A model generated the notes under the pieces. The model worked only from the letters and a program-made list of their open reading frames with translations, had not been told where the DNA came from and searched no databases. The position numbers were made by a program, and so were the translations under genes. Source: Candidatus Thalassarchaeum sp. (GTDB lineage: Archaea > Thermoplasmatota > Poseidoniia > Poseidoniales > Thalassarchaeaceae). From it: DNA of 64,000 bases. The DNA is taken from NCBI GenBank assembly GCA_022449345.1, contig JAKURL010000007.1, forward strand, positions 23,163-87,162. The letters are read 5' to 3'. Within the stretch, counting starts at the first letter, position 1. Every line of letters begins with the position of its first letter. Below are positions 47,525-56,521 of the stretch, in pieces.

Positions 47525-48967
47525 GTGGGTGATTCAATGACCCGAGATGAGCCAGAGGCTGATGCAACTCCGCCAGAAGAGGAGGAGTGGCAACTCTATG
47601 CTAGCGCTGGTTATGCTGCAGCAGAAGACCCATGGGACGACCTAGTCGAGATTGAAGATGAAGACGAGGAAGAAGAGGAATGGTTCGATGGCGACGATTT
47701 CGAAACCAATGGTCAAACCCTCGATTGGGACTTTCCACCATGTCCCACTCCACTAGGTATCGCTCACATGATTCGCCTTGGTACCTGCGACCATTGTTTG
47801 CACCGAGTCGGCGGACGTCGAACCGATGAGGCTGGAGAGGCAGGAGGTGCATCACTTCGCTCAGAAGCCTTGGCTCGTGACAAAGAGTTGGAATCATTTG
47901 AGACGCCCGACCTATGTCCACTCTGCGAGAATCTATTCGAAGATGTAGACAACATCGTTGAGAGAATAGTCCAACAAACCGGTGAATTGGATCACGGTTC
48001 TTTACAGATTGGTGTTCATGTTCCAAAGGATCTGATTCAGGCAGAAGATCAAATTCGTACTAAGCATGGAGCAACTGGCTCTAGGCCGCTGAAGGCAGCC
48101 TTTTCAGAAGCCGTGCAGACTGGTGTCGTAGCCCGAATGGATGGCGTCGAATTCGTCAAAGAACGGCCGGATTTGATGATTCTAATCGACTGCTTAACGC
48201 TGCGAGTCGATGTCGACATTCGTCCGGTATTCATCTACGGCCGCTACCGAAAGTTGGATCGTGGAATACCTCAGACTCGCTGGCCTTGTCGAGCCTGTCG
48301 CGGCCGTGCAGAAGGCTGCGAGGCCTGCGAAGGCTCAGGCTTGCAGTATCCTGATTCAGTGCAGGATCTAATCGGCGAGCCGTTCCGGCTAGCCTTGTCA
48401 GCGAATTTCACCTCATTCCACGGAATGGGTCGTGAAGACATAGACGTCCGCTGTCTAGGACGAGGCCGTCCCTTTGTGCTGGAAGTTAAGCGTCCAAAGA
48501 TACGCCGTACTGAATTGGAAGAGTTAATGCAGACCGTCAACACAAACGGTGCGGGTAAAATCGAGATTAGCGATTTGCGTTGGTCAAACCGAAGTGAGGT
48601 CAGTAGGGTGAAAGAAACCCGAGCTGATAAGTCCTACACAATCCGATTCTCAGTCGAAGAACCTCCAGAGGAATCAGCCATTATCGAATCGATCTCAAAC
48701 CTATCCGGAGTCACTCTGGAACAACAGACACCGAAGCGAGTATCTCACAGGAGAGCCGATAGGAAGCGCAAGCGCAAGGTAGTTTCAATCGACAATGTGT
48801 TTGTCGAAGGCAAAGAGGTGCAATTTTCCGTCCGTTGCGAGGCGGGAACTTACGTCAAGGAACTCGTGCATTCCGACGAAGGTAGAACCGTACCTTCAAT
48901 CGCTGGTGTTTTGGAGAGTCCGTGTGAAGTAATTTGGCTGGATGTGGAGGATATCCACGCTGACTGA
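47525..48967 (+). CDS. pus10: tRNA pseudouridine(54/55) synthase Pus10
   Basis: YGRYRKLDRGIPQTRWPC, HGMGREDIDVR, QQTPKRVSHRRAD and GTYVKELVHSDEGRT; acidic N-terminal extension. Confidence 0.95.
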   Translation: MGDSMTRDEPEADATPPEEEEWQLYASAGYAAAEDPWDDLVEIEDEDEEEEEWFDGDDFETNGQTLDWDFPPCPTPLGIAHMIRLGTCDHCLHRVGGRRTDEAGEAGGASLRSEALARDKELESFETPDLCPLCENLFEDVDNIVERIVQQTGELDHGSLQIGVHVPKDLIQAEDQIRTKHGATGSRPLKAAFSEAVQTGVVARMDGVEFVKERPDLMILIDCLTLRVDVDIRPVFIYGRYRKLDRGIPQTRWPCRACRGRAEGCEACEGSGLQYPDSVQDLIGEPFRLALSANFTSFHGMGREDIDVRCLGRGRPFVLEVKRPKIRRTELEELMQTVNTNGAGKIEISDLRWSNRSEVSRVKETRADKSYTIRFSVEEPPEESAIIESISNLSGVTLEQQTPKRVSHRRADRKRKRKVVSIDNVFVEGKEVQFSVRCEAGTYVKELVHSDEGRTVPSIAGVLESPCEVIWLDVEDIHAD

Positions 48968-49046
48968 AGCCCGAAGGGCTCAGATGGGCTTAAGAATGGG
49001 TGCTAGGTCGACCGCTCGCACAACCTATGTTTTAGAGGTGAAAATC

Positions 49047-49337
49047 ATGCGCAGAAGTCACGGTACTCGTCAAGGAACTCGCAGTATCCTACGCCGTTCC
49101 AAAATACAGCAGGGTCGCATCGATATCGCCCGAGTTATGCATCAATACGAGATTGGTGACAGGGTCGCTGTTGTGCTTGATGGCTCCCAGCAAAAGGGAA
49201 TGCCTCATCGTCGATTCCAAGGCGCCACAGGCGTCATCGAAGCCAAGCAAGGTCGTGCATGGGTCGTAGCCCTACACGACAAGAACATGGCCAAGACCGT
49301 TGTAGCTCGCCCAGAGCACCTTCTTCCGGTGGAGTGA
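49047..49337 (+). CDS. rpl21e: 50S ribosomal protein eL21
   Basis: MRRSHGTRQGTR, KGMPHRRFQGATG and RPEHL; GAGGTGA SD. Confidence 0.96.
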   Translation: MRRSHGTRQGTRSILRRSKIQQGRIDIARVMHQYEIGDRVAVVLDGSQQKGMPHRRFQGATGVIEAKQGRAWVVALHDKNMAKTVVARPEHLLPVE

Positions 49338-49342
49338 TTGAA

Positions 49343-49696
49343 ATGAGCAAGAGAGAGTTTGTTGACTTCGCTACCGTCCGCAATTTGCTTTTGGATGCTC
49401 GAGAGAGACGCGGTGAGTTGTCCTATGAGCAGAAGGTTGCCCTACAGCACGCTGAGTGGGCTGCTAGCGAGAACCGAGGTGGAATCAAAACCAGTCCAGA
49501 GGTATTCACCAACCTCTTCGAGGACCTCGCTAAGACTGAGAAATTGAACCAGCACCCAGAGGTATGTGCAAAGATTGCCGAACTCGCTCCAATAAAGGTC
49601 GAAGACGTTCGCGTCATCATCGCTTCCAAGAGAATTGCAATGGACACAGACGAGATTGAGGAAATCATCACCACTGTGCGACAACACATTCTCTGA
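49343..49696 (+). CDS. rpo4: DNA-directed RNA polymerase subunit Rpo4 (RpoF)
   Basis: ELSYEQKVALQHA and KIAELAP...DVRVI; conserved eL21-rpoF-DUF655-ksgA order. Confidence 0.9.
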   Translation: MSKREFVDFATVRNLLLDARERRGELSYEQKVALQHAEWAASENRGGIKTSPEVFTNLFEDLAKTEKLNQHPEVCAKIAELAPIKVEDVRVIIASKRIAMDTDEIEEIITTVRQHIL

Positions 49697-49806
49697 GTTG
49701 AAATGAGGAATTTTCTGCATTGAAGTCAGCATTTTCCTGAAATTTCGTAAATTCTGCTATAACCATCCATTCATGAGGGATAACCGACTTCCGAGGACTG
49801 AGGAAA

Positions 49807-50376
49807 ATGCAGCCGAATGGCAATGTGGATGGCGACACAGCCGATGGGCCATTTGCCTCTGAGACCCATGTTAGAGTCCTCGATGTGCTGGAGAGAAGGC
49901 CGACCGGCTGGGAAATTCATGCTATTTCAGAACCAGGCCTTCACATCGTTCGAGTTAGATTGAATGATGGGTTCACATCTGAGTTAGGAGATCACCTTTC
50001 CCTCGATTCAGGTAAGACCGGACCATTGTCCCAACTACGCTTTCAAGACCTATCTGGAGAGGCCAACTCGGCTTTACAGGAGGTGGTTGCAAAATCCATC
50101 AAAGTCAATCCAGACCCACACTTGGGTTTCTACAACCGTGCAAACAACATCTCACTGAAGGTTCACGCCTTCCAATTACTGCCTGGTGTTGGTAGTTCAA
50201 CAGCCAAGTCCTGGGTTGAGATTCGTGGATACAACGGCTGGGTCGACTTAGACGAGGTTAGCGAAAAACTCGGCATCGATGCAGTGGATTTGCTCGCCGA
50301 GCGCTACGTCAAGGAATTGCAAGACCCAACAGAGATTCCAAGCTTGCTAGAATTACTGGTTAGGGTCAGCGCCTAA
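49807..50376 (+). CDS. DUF655 family RNA-binding protein
   Basis: VRVLD, FYNRANNISLKVHAFQLLPGVG (HhH); synteny. Confidence 0.85.
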   Translation: MQPNGNVDGDTADGPFASETHVRVLDVLERRPTGWEIHAISEPGLHIVRVRLNDGFTSELGDHLSLDSGKTGPLSQLRFQDLSGEANSALQEVVAKSIKVNPDPHLGFYNRANNISLKVHAFQLLPGVGSSTAKSWVEIRGYNGWVDLDEVSEKLGIDAVDLLAERYVKELQDPTEIPSLLELLVRVSA

Positions 50377-50389
50377 TCGGGGTGGGCGT

Positions 50390-51262
50390 ATGGACGACCT
50401 CGATGTCAGATTGCTGGTCGAATTGCTACGAGACCGAATGACTCCAGATCGCTCGCTCGGGCAGCATTTCCTGCTCGACGAAGCGGTAATCGCGAGGGCG
50501 GTCGAACTCGCCTCAAAGAATCAACCAATTACCGAGGAAAGCCATGTACTGGAGATTGGCCCAGGTCCCGGTTCGCTTACATTGGAATTATTGCGAACCG
50601 GTGCAAAAGTAACCGCTGTTGAATTAGATCAGGAAGCGGTTTCTCATCTATCTAGGGTTTTCAACAGCACAGATGGAAGGTTGGAAGTATTACACGCAGA
50701 TGTTCTTGAAATCGATTGGCCGCAAGACATTACACATATCGTATCCAATCTTCCTTACCAGATTTCTAGTCCAGTGTTAGAGATTATTCAGAAACACCAT
50801 TCGAACAACCAATTGCAAGGAATCTCATTGCTTGTTCAGGAGGAATTTGCAGAGCGGATGGCGATGAATAAGGGTCATGCAACACGCGGCCCTCTTGGGC
50901 ACTCACTGTGGCTTGACTTCGATGTGGAACGGGATGCAAAGGTAGCACCTCATTCATTCAGTCCATCTCCCCGTGTGCATTCTCGCTTAACCAATCTAAT
51001 ACCGGTTGAGCGGAATTCGGCGCAATCGATTGACCGCCGTCTTTTCAGGATGGTAATCGCCGAATCTTTTGCTCATCGACGACGAAAACTCCGCACATCT
51101 CTGAAAAAACCCCCAAAGCGCCTCAGCAGAATCTCCGGTTGGCATCGCTCCCGTTGGCAAACGGCAATCGAAGCAATACCAGCCAAGACCCTAGACCTCC
51201 GGCCTGAGAATCTAACTTCGGAAGATTGGGTATCGTTAATCGCCTCGATGAGCCAAGTTTGA
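50390..51262 (+). CDS. rsmA: 16S rRNA dimethyladenosine transferase RsmA/KsgA
   Basis: LGQHFL, VLEIGPGPGSLT, VSNLPYQISS, QEEFAERM, FSPSPRVHS and RRRKLR. Confidence 0.95.
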   Translation: MDDLDVRLLVELLRDRMTPDRSLGQHFLLDEAVIARAVELASKNQPITEESHVLEIGPGPGSLTLELLRTGAKVTAVELDQEAVSHLSRVFNSTDGRLEVLHADVLEIDWPQDITHIVSNLPYQISSPVLEIIQKHHSNNQLQGISLLVQEEFAERMAMNKGHATRGPLGHSLWLDFDVERDAKVAPHSFSPSPRVHSRLTNLIPVERNSAQSIDRRLFRMVIAESFAHRRRKLRTSLKKPPKRLSRISGWHRSRWQTAIEAIPAKTLDLRPENLTSEDWVSLIASMSQV

Positions 51263-51362
51263 ACCATAATGAGAACTGGAGAACCACGCCTTCAAAGCCC
51301 ACTGTAGGTTCGGGGGCAACAGCGGAGTCTGTGGGGGTCTCGCTGGGAAGGGAGTTGCTTAG

Positions 51363-52454
51363 ATGGCCAAGAAGGACACTTATCTTGCGCTTCTGCGCAG
51401 AGGAATCGATGAGAATACTGCTCAACTCCTCGCTGACTCTGGTGTCAAAGTCGGCGACTTGAAGAAACTCGATGAAGAGAAACTTCGCAACAATTACGGC
51501 CTCAAGAAGGAGATTGCAAAATCGGTCCTTGAGGCGGTAAAATCAGGCCCTAGAACCGCTGCAAAGCAGCGATATCTGGCAGATGTATTGTCGAAGGACA
51601 AGAAAAAGAAAGTCGACAAAATCGAGGAGCAGCGCTTCAAACGTGAGCAGAAGGATATCGTCTCAGAACTTAATGAGAAGAAAGAGGAACTACGTATAGC
51701 AAAGGTCGAGGCGTTCCGCTCCAAGAAATTGGTGATGAATCGCCTCGGAAAGACAATCGAACTCATCGTCAAATTAGAGAATTCATTCGATGATGAATCA
51801 AAGCGCGAACAGCGAACCAAACTGCGAGATCAACTCGAGACTCGCGGCTTAGAAGCGGCCAGAGACCACGAGATGCTAGAATTGGTCGGAACACCACAAG
51901 ACATCGTAGATTTCCGCCGAAAACTTGCTCCTAAATTGTGCATGTATGCCTGCCCAGAGTGTGGGGAGGAGATGGACCCACGAGGTGGCAACGTAATCGA
52001 AGACCCAACCGATTTTTCCTTCGTTTGCTGGGAATGTGAGGACGAATTCCACGCTCCGATGGCAAACTACGTCGATGAGCAACTAAACAACGGCTCACGA
52101 ATCAAAATCAATCCTAAGATGAAGCCACGAGAAAAGGTCTACAGAAAACCGAAGAAGAAGTCGGCTGATACAATCAAGGATTTGATGATGAAGGATTTGG
52201 AGGCAACCGGAGCATCTGCTGAGGAGATGGCCGCTGCGGTCGAGGCTAGCGACTTGACAGGCGGCTTGATGAGCATCGACGAATGGATCGATCAGACACT
52301 TGCTGCCAAGGGCTATATCCAAGCTCAAGAGCACCGAGAGGATTTCATCCTCGCTACTGGTGCTGGTGCTACCAAGTTCAATAAGTGGATGAAGAAAGCT
52401 GGTCTTGTCTTCAACAAGCAGACAGGCCAGTGGACTCGCTGGACCAAAGACTGA
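51363..52454 (+). CDS. Hypothetical nucleic-acid-binding protein (N-terminal HhH-like, coiled coil, Zn ribbon)
   Basis: RRGIDENTAQLLADSG...YGLKKEIAKSVLEAVK HhH-like segment; CPEC...CWEC; lysine-rich. Confidence 0.7.
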   Translation: MAKKDTYLALLRRGIDENTAQLLADSGVKVGDLKKLDEEKLRNNYGLKKEIAKSVLEAVKSGPRTAAKQRYLADVLSKDKKKKVDKIEEQRFKREQKDIVSELNEKKEELRIAKVEAFRSKKLVMNRLGKTIELIVKLENSFDDESKREQRTKLRDQLETRGLEAARDHEMLELVGTPQDIVDFRRKLAPKLCMYACPECGEEMDPRGGNVIEDPTDFSFVCWECEDEFHAPMANYVDEQLNNGSRIKINPKMKPREKVYRKPKKKSADTIKDLMMKDLEATGASAEEMAAAVEASDLTGGLMSIDEWIDQTLAAKGYIQAQEHREDFILATGAGATKFNKWMKKAGLVFNKQTGQWTRWTKD

Positions 52455-52497
52455 GTTCGCCGGTCGATTTCAAGACGAATAATCAAGTCGGAGCGTC

Positions 52498-52785
52498 GTG
52501 GCGATAGTCCGTTTCTTCCGGGGGGCTCTACTGCTCGGGGTAGCAGAGGCAGAGGAAGACCAACCTTTGGTTGAGGTGGCTGAGAAGGCTGGAGTAGAGA
52601 TTCCAACCAATTGTACTTCGGGCAACTGCGGCACATGTTTGGTGCGACTAAAGAGCGGTGAAATTGACTATCCAGACCCCTTACCTCCGGGCCTCGACAA
52701 ATCCTTAGTCGAGGACGGAGGAGTCCTATCATGCTGTATGCAGGCTGCGGGAGTCTGCGATATCGATGTGATTCCGCCTTTGTGA
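52498..52785 (+). CDS. 2Fe-2S ferredoxin
   Basis: CTSGNCGTC...LSCC plant-type 2Fe-2S motif. Confidence 0.9.
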   Translation: MAIVRFFRGALLLGVAEAEEDQPLVEVAEKAGVEIPTNCTSGNCGTCLVRLKSGEIDYPDPLPPGLDKSLVEDGGVLSCCMQAAGVCDIDVIPPL

Positions 52786-52794
52786 AGTGATTTA

Positions 52795-52956
52795 ATGGAA
52801 AACGACGAATTATTTTTCCTATTGATCTTCAATATTGTTGGAGTTGGCATCGGGGTTTGGTTTCTCTACACGCGCTTACGTGCAAAACTAGTAGAGGTCG
52901 AGGAGCGCAAAGCACGAAGATGGAAGCATCAAATTAGTGAGGAGAGTGAAGAATAA
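52795..52956 (+). CDS. Small single-TM membrane protein (53 aa, not in the ORF track)
   Basis: Manual translation [53 protein letters not shown]; fills the gap and overlaps the next start (TAATG). Confidence 0.7.
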   Translation: MENDELFFLLIFNIVGVGIGVWFLYTRLRAKLVEVEERKARRWKHQISEESEE

Positions 52957-53315
52957 TGGATACAATCAATCTAAAGGAAAAATTAGGTAAATTTTCTGAT
53001 CATTGGACACCCAAGGTCATCGCTGAAATGAATGATTACCAATTCAAGTTAGTCAAAATCCAGGGTGAATTCGTCTGGCACAATCACCCAGACACCGATG
53101 AGGTTTTCATCGTCATCGAAGGGAGCATGAAAATCGAGTTCGAAAATGAGACAATCGAGTTGAACGAAGGTGAGATGATAGTCGTACCCAAAGGTGTTGA
53201 ACACAAACCGTATGCCGAATCTGAATGCAAGGTTATGCTAGTAGAACCACGCGGTGTAGTGAACACCGGCGAAGCCGATAGTGAACTCACCGCCGATAAT
53301 GATGTCTGGATTTGA
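52956..53315 (+). CDS. Cupin domain protein
   Basis: [15 protein letters not shown] and VPKGVEHKP. Confidence 0.9.
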   Translation: MDTINLKEKLGKFSDHWTPKVIAEMNDYQFKLVKIQGEFVWHNHPDTDEVFIVIEGSMKIEFENETIELNEGEMIVVPKGVEHKPYAESECKVMLVEPRGVVNTGEADSELTADNDVWI

Positions 53316-53319
53316 TTGC

Positions 53320-53613
53320 TTATTCATTGATTGCTGCGGTCCATCTATCCGCTTGCGGCACACCTACAACTTCGATGTGGCAAGCCAACACGCCCTTTTG
53401 TTGCTTGATTTCGGAGCGTAGTTCGATTAGGTCATTGATACAACAAGGGCAATGTGCTCTTCTTGGCCGAATCCACAACTGAACTATTCCTGCCTCATCA
53501 ACCTCGACCCCTTTCAGAATGGATTCATCAGTGATTTCTATCCCATGAGGTTCGGTTCTTCCTCGCAGTAATCTTGCAAGGCGCTTCTGAGCACTTACTT
53601 TGACGCGGCTCAT
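53320..53613 (-). CDS. DUF59/MIP18-like (Fe-S assembly-type) small protein
   Basis: EPHGIEITDESILKGVEV...RPRRAHCPCC resembles the DUF59 DPE...GxV...TxxxCP pattern. Confidence 0.5.
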   Translation of the reverse strand: MSRVKVSAQKRLARLLRGRTEPHGIEITDESILKGVEVDEAGIVQLWIRPRRAHCPCCINDLIELRSEIKQQKGVLACHIEVVGVPQADRWTAAINE

Positions 53614-54866
53614 TCATCCCACTCCGTGAGCAGACCCCATGAATCTCCCATGGTCAAACATTCCATGCCATCGGCAGTACGTGTGAAGGTGTCCTCAGTA
53701 CCTATGGCGCCTGAGTCATAGATGACCTTTGGTTCAATCGCCATAGTCCCTCCAACAGGAAGTTCTCTGTCAAATCGCTCGGCGATTACCGGTGTTTCAT
53801 CGAGTTCTAATCCAACGGAATGACCTAGGAAAGCCGCTTGTTCAGGACTCATTCCCATCAGATGCTCAGAGTATCCCATTTCACCGGCCATACCATTGCC
53901 AATTCGCCAAGCCTCTGAGCAATTATCTCCACTTCCGAGGCTTGCAACAATAGCGTCGCGAATTTCTGCCATATCATCAAGCCGACCGATTGATTCCTCA
54001 TCGAGGGAGCCAGCACAGAACATTCGCGTACAATCCGAGACATATCCGCGATGTAGGTGAACTATATCGACAATCACAGGCTCTCCAGCCACCACTTTTG
54101 CGTGGCCAGCACCAAGTGAAGAGATTGGACTTGCCCCGAGCCCACCGATAGCCGAATCGAAGTATGAGGGGATTGCTCCCGACCTTCCTGTAGCAATTAC
54201 AACACGGTCGCAATCCATCGGCCATCGCCTCATTCGGATGCGACCTCCGAATCCTGCTGCGCGACTAACTTCGTCAGCAGCCGCTGCCATCTCTAATTCG
54301 CTGCGTCCTTCCCCACCAACTTCTCGAACGGCTTCAAACATCTCTCGATTGATTCGTCCGCTCTCTCTATGCATCTCAATTTCCCATGCTGATTTTGTTT
54401 CACGCAATCCGTACATCATGTAGGTACAGTCTTCCATTTCGCCGAGAGCGGATAGCCTTCGAGAGAAATATTGCCAGCGGTCATGAGGCATTTTTCCAGC
54501 TAACATTGCTGGGGCCGAGTTTGCTCCAAGAGAACGGAAAGCATCGGTCATATGCCTCATTCTAGGTTGTGCTGAAATTGGGTCTGGAGCATCATCACCG
54601 CCTGATTCAAATCTTGCTCTTTTCAGCGATTTGCGAACCCAATGAGTATTCTGTATTCCCGAGCCCTCCGCACCGATGAGCATCATACCGTTTTGCCTAC
54701 CGCCGGTCAGCCAGTAGAGTTCTACTGGGTCATCGATTAAGGCAGACTCAATGTTTGCTTCTGCCAGCGCAGAAGACATACGATTGCGGCGCTGTTCCAA
54801 TTCACTGACCGGAACCCGCCAGTCTTCACCATCGGGGCCTGTAAGCCGCTCCGCATCCCACGCCAT
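53610..54866 (-). CDS. Xaa-Pro aminopeptidase (M24B) family protein
   Basis: D...GYVSDCTR, GHSVGLELDE, AIEPK and GTEDT metal ligands. Confidence 0.92.
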   Translation of the reverse strand: MAWDAERLTGPDGEDWRVPVSELEQRRNRMSSALAEANIESALIDDPVELYWLTGGRQNGMMLIGAEGSGIQNTHWVRKSLKRARFESGGDDAPDPISAQPRMRHMTDAFRSLGANSAPAMLAGKMPHDRWQYFSRRLSALGEMEDCTYMMYGLRETKSAWEIEMHRESGRINREMFEAVREVGGEGRSELEMAAAADEVSRAAGFGGRIRMRRWPMDCDRVVIATGRSGAIPSYFDSAIGGLGASPISSLGAGHAKVVAGEPVIVDIVHLHRGYVSDCTRMFCAGSLDEESIGRLDDMAEIRDAIVASLGSGDNCSEAWRIGNGMAGEMGYSEHLMGMSPEQAAFLGHSVGLELDETPVIAERFDRELPVGGTMAIEPKVIYDSGAIGTEDTFTRTADGMECLTMGDSWGLLTEWDE

Positions 54867-54953
54867 CAACCCGCCACTACGTCAAGGACACAAAGGCATT
54901 GGGGGAGAATTCTGACCCGTCCTATATCCATCATTATCAAAAGACGCCTGCCG

Positions 54954-56201
54954 GTGGCTCGCATCGTGCCCAGCGTTCTGTCGTTGGACGACATTCGACT
55001 TAGCGGTAAGCGTGTGCTGTATCGGGTTGACATCAATTCACCTCTTCATCCAGAGACTGGAGCCTTCCTAGATGATGGAAGACTTAGGGCGATTCTTCCC
55101 ACTCTTGCTGATCTCTCTGACTCAAAGGTTGTGATTCTTGGACATCAGTCGAGACCAGGTCGAGATGATTTCACCAACCTATCAGGTCATGCTGAACGCC
55201 TAGGAAGAATTCTTGGCCGTCTAATCCGCTTCGTTCCGGACGTTTGTGGAGATAAGGCGATAGAGGCGATTCGGAGTTTGAACAATGGAGAGATTCTTTG
55301 TTTGGATAACGTCAGAATGCATTCGGAAGAAATTTCACTAAAGAAGGCCGAATTAGACGAATTACGACTTTCCCAGATCGTAAGCAATCTAGCGCCTGAA
55401 TTCGACGCATATGTCACCGATGCCTTCGCCGCAGCACATCGAAATTCAGCAACTCTGACGGGATTTGCTGATGATTTACCTTGCATTGCAGGACGCTTAA
55501 TGCAACGAGAGATTAGTGCCCTTCAAACAGCTGTGACCAACCCCCCACGCCCTTACGTTGCAATCCTAGGGGGGGCTAAGGCTGACGATTCCTTCCGAGT
55601 AGCTCAGAACCTCATCAATAGAGGAGTCGTCGATACAGTTGCATTTGTTGGAGTCGTTGGAAACATGGTGCTTTGGGTTCAGGGCGTTGACATTGGAGAT
55701 GGCAATAAGGAATTCATCAGAGGTACTCTTGCGGATGATTTTGAAATAGCGTGGGAAATGGCCCAATCATTGGTAGAGAATCATTCAGACCTACTCCTAG
55801 TTCCCAGTGATGTTGCCGTCGAAATCGACGAAGAGCGAGTTGCAAAAAGAGTCGATGAACTACCGGTACCGCATCCGATTTACGATATTGGGGTAGAGAC
55901 TCTGATGAGATTGAGGCCGGTATTGATGAATGCAGAATGCGTCCTATGGAATGGACCGGCCAGTTATTTTGAGAAACCAGCCTTCGCCTTCGGTACGATT
56001 GAAATTCTCAATATGTGCACTGAAACAAAGGCCATGACAATAGTAGGTGGTGGGCATACTAGTGCCTTAGTCAACTCCAGAGGGGTTGCAGACAAAGTAT
56101 CACACAATAGCACCGGCGGAGGAGCCTGTTTGCAGATGCTCTGTGGTGACAAGATGCCAGTAATAGACGCCCTCAAGCACTCCGCAAAGAAGTTCTCTTG
56201 A
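54954..56201 (+). CDS. pgk: Phosphoglycerate kinase
   Basis: RVDINSP, HQSRPG, DAFAAAHR, LGGAKADD, WNGP and STGGGA. Confidence 0.97.
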   Translation: MARIVPSVLSLDDIRLSGKRVLYRVDINSPLHPETGAFLDDGRLRAILPTLADLSDSKVVILGHQSRPGRDDFTNLSGHAERLGRILGRLIRFVPDVCGDKAIEAIRSLNNGEILCLDNVRMHSEEISLKKAELDELRLSQIVSNLAPEFDAYVTDAFAAAHRNSATLTGFADDLPCIAGRLMQREISALQTAVTNPPRPYVAILGGAKADDSFRVAQNLINRGVVDTVAFVGVVGNMVLWVQGVDIGDGNKEFIRGTLADDFEIAWEMAQSLVENHSDLLLVPSDVAVEIDEERVAKRVDELPVPHPIYDIGVETLMRLRPVLMNAECVLWNGPASYFEKPAFAFGTIEILNMCTETKAMTIVGGGHTSALVNSRGVADKVSHNSTGGGACLQMLCGDKMPVIDALKHSAKKFS

Positions 56202-56261
56202 GACGAACTTCGAGCGCGAGGGCGCCCATTTCTTTATCGTCATAACCGAAGAAGAAGTAGT

Positions 56262-56501
56262 ATGACGGATGAAGAGAGAGGAGAGAGTGGCTTCACCAGT
56301 CCTTTGATTTTCGTAGGCTTCCTCGGGGTAATGTTAGCACTCATTGTAATCATAACTCAAACCACTGAATGGGGTGAAGAGAATCAAGGGATTTTCTTCG
56401 GTGATTTCATCTGCAAACTAATCCTCATTCCAGTATTTATTGCGGTATTTGGCTGGAATGGTTTTTTCGGCGGTCAAGTAAACCAAAGTAAGGAAGATTA
56501 G
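56262..56501 (+). CDS. Small 2-TM membrane protein
   Basis: Two hydrophobic stretches in 79 aa; fills the gap between pgk and the convergent PMM gene. Confidence 0.65.
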   Translation: MTDEERGESGFTSPLIFVGFLGVMLALIVIITQTTEWGEENQGIFFGDFICKLILIPVFIAVFGWNGFFGGQVNQSKED

Positions 56502-56521
56502 ACATTTAGGAGAAGAAGTAA

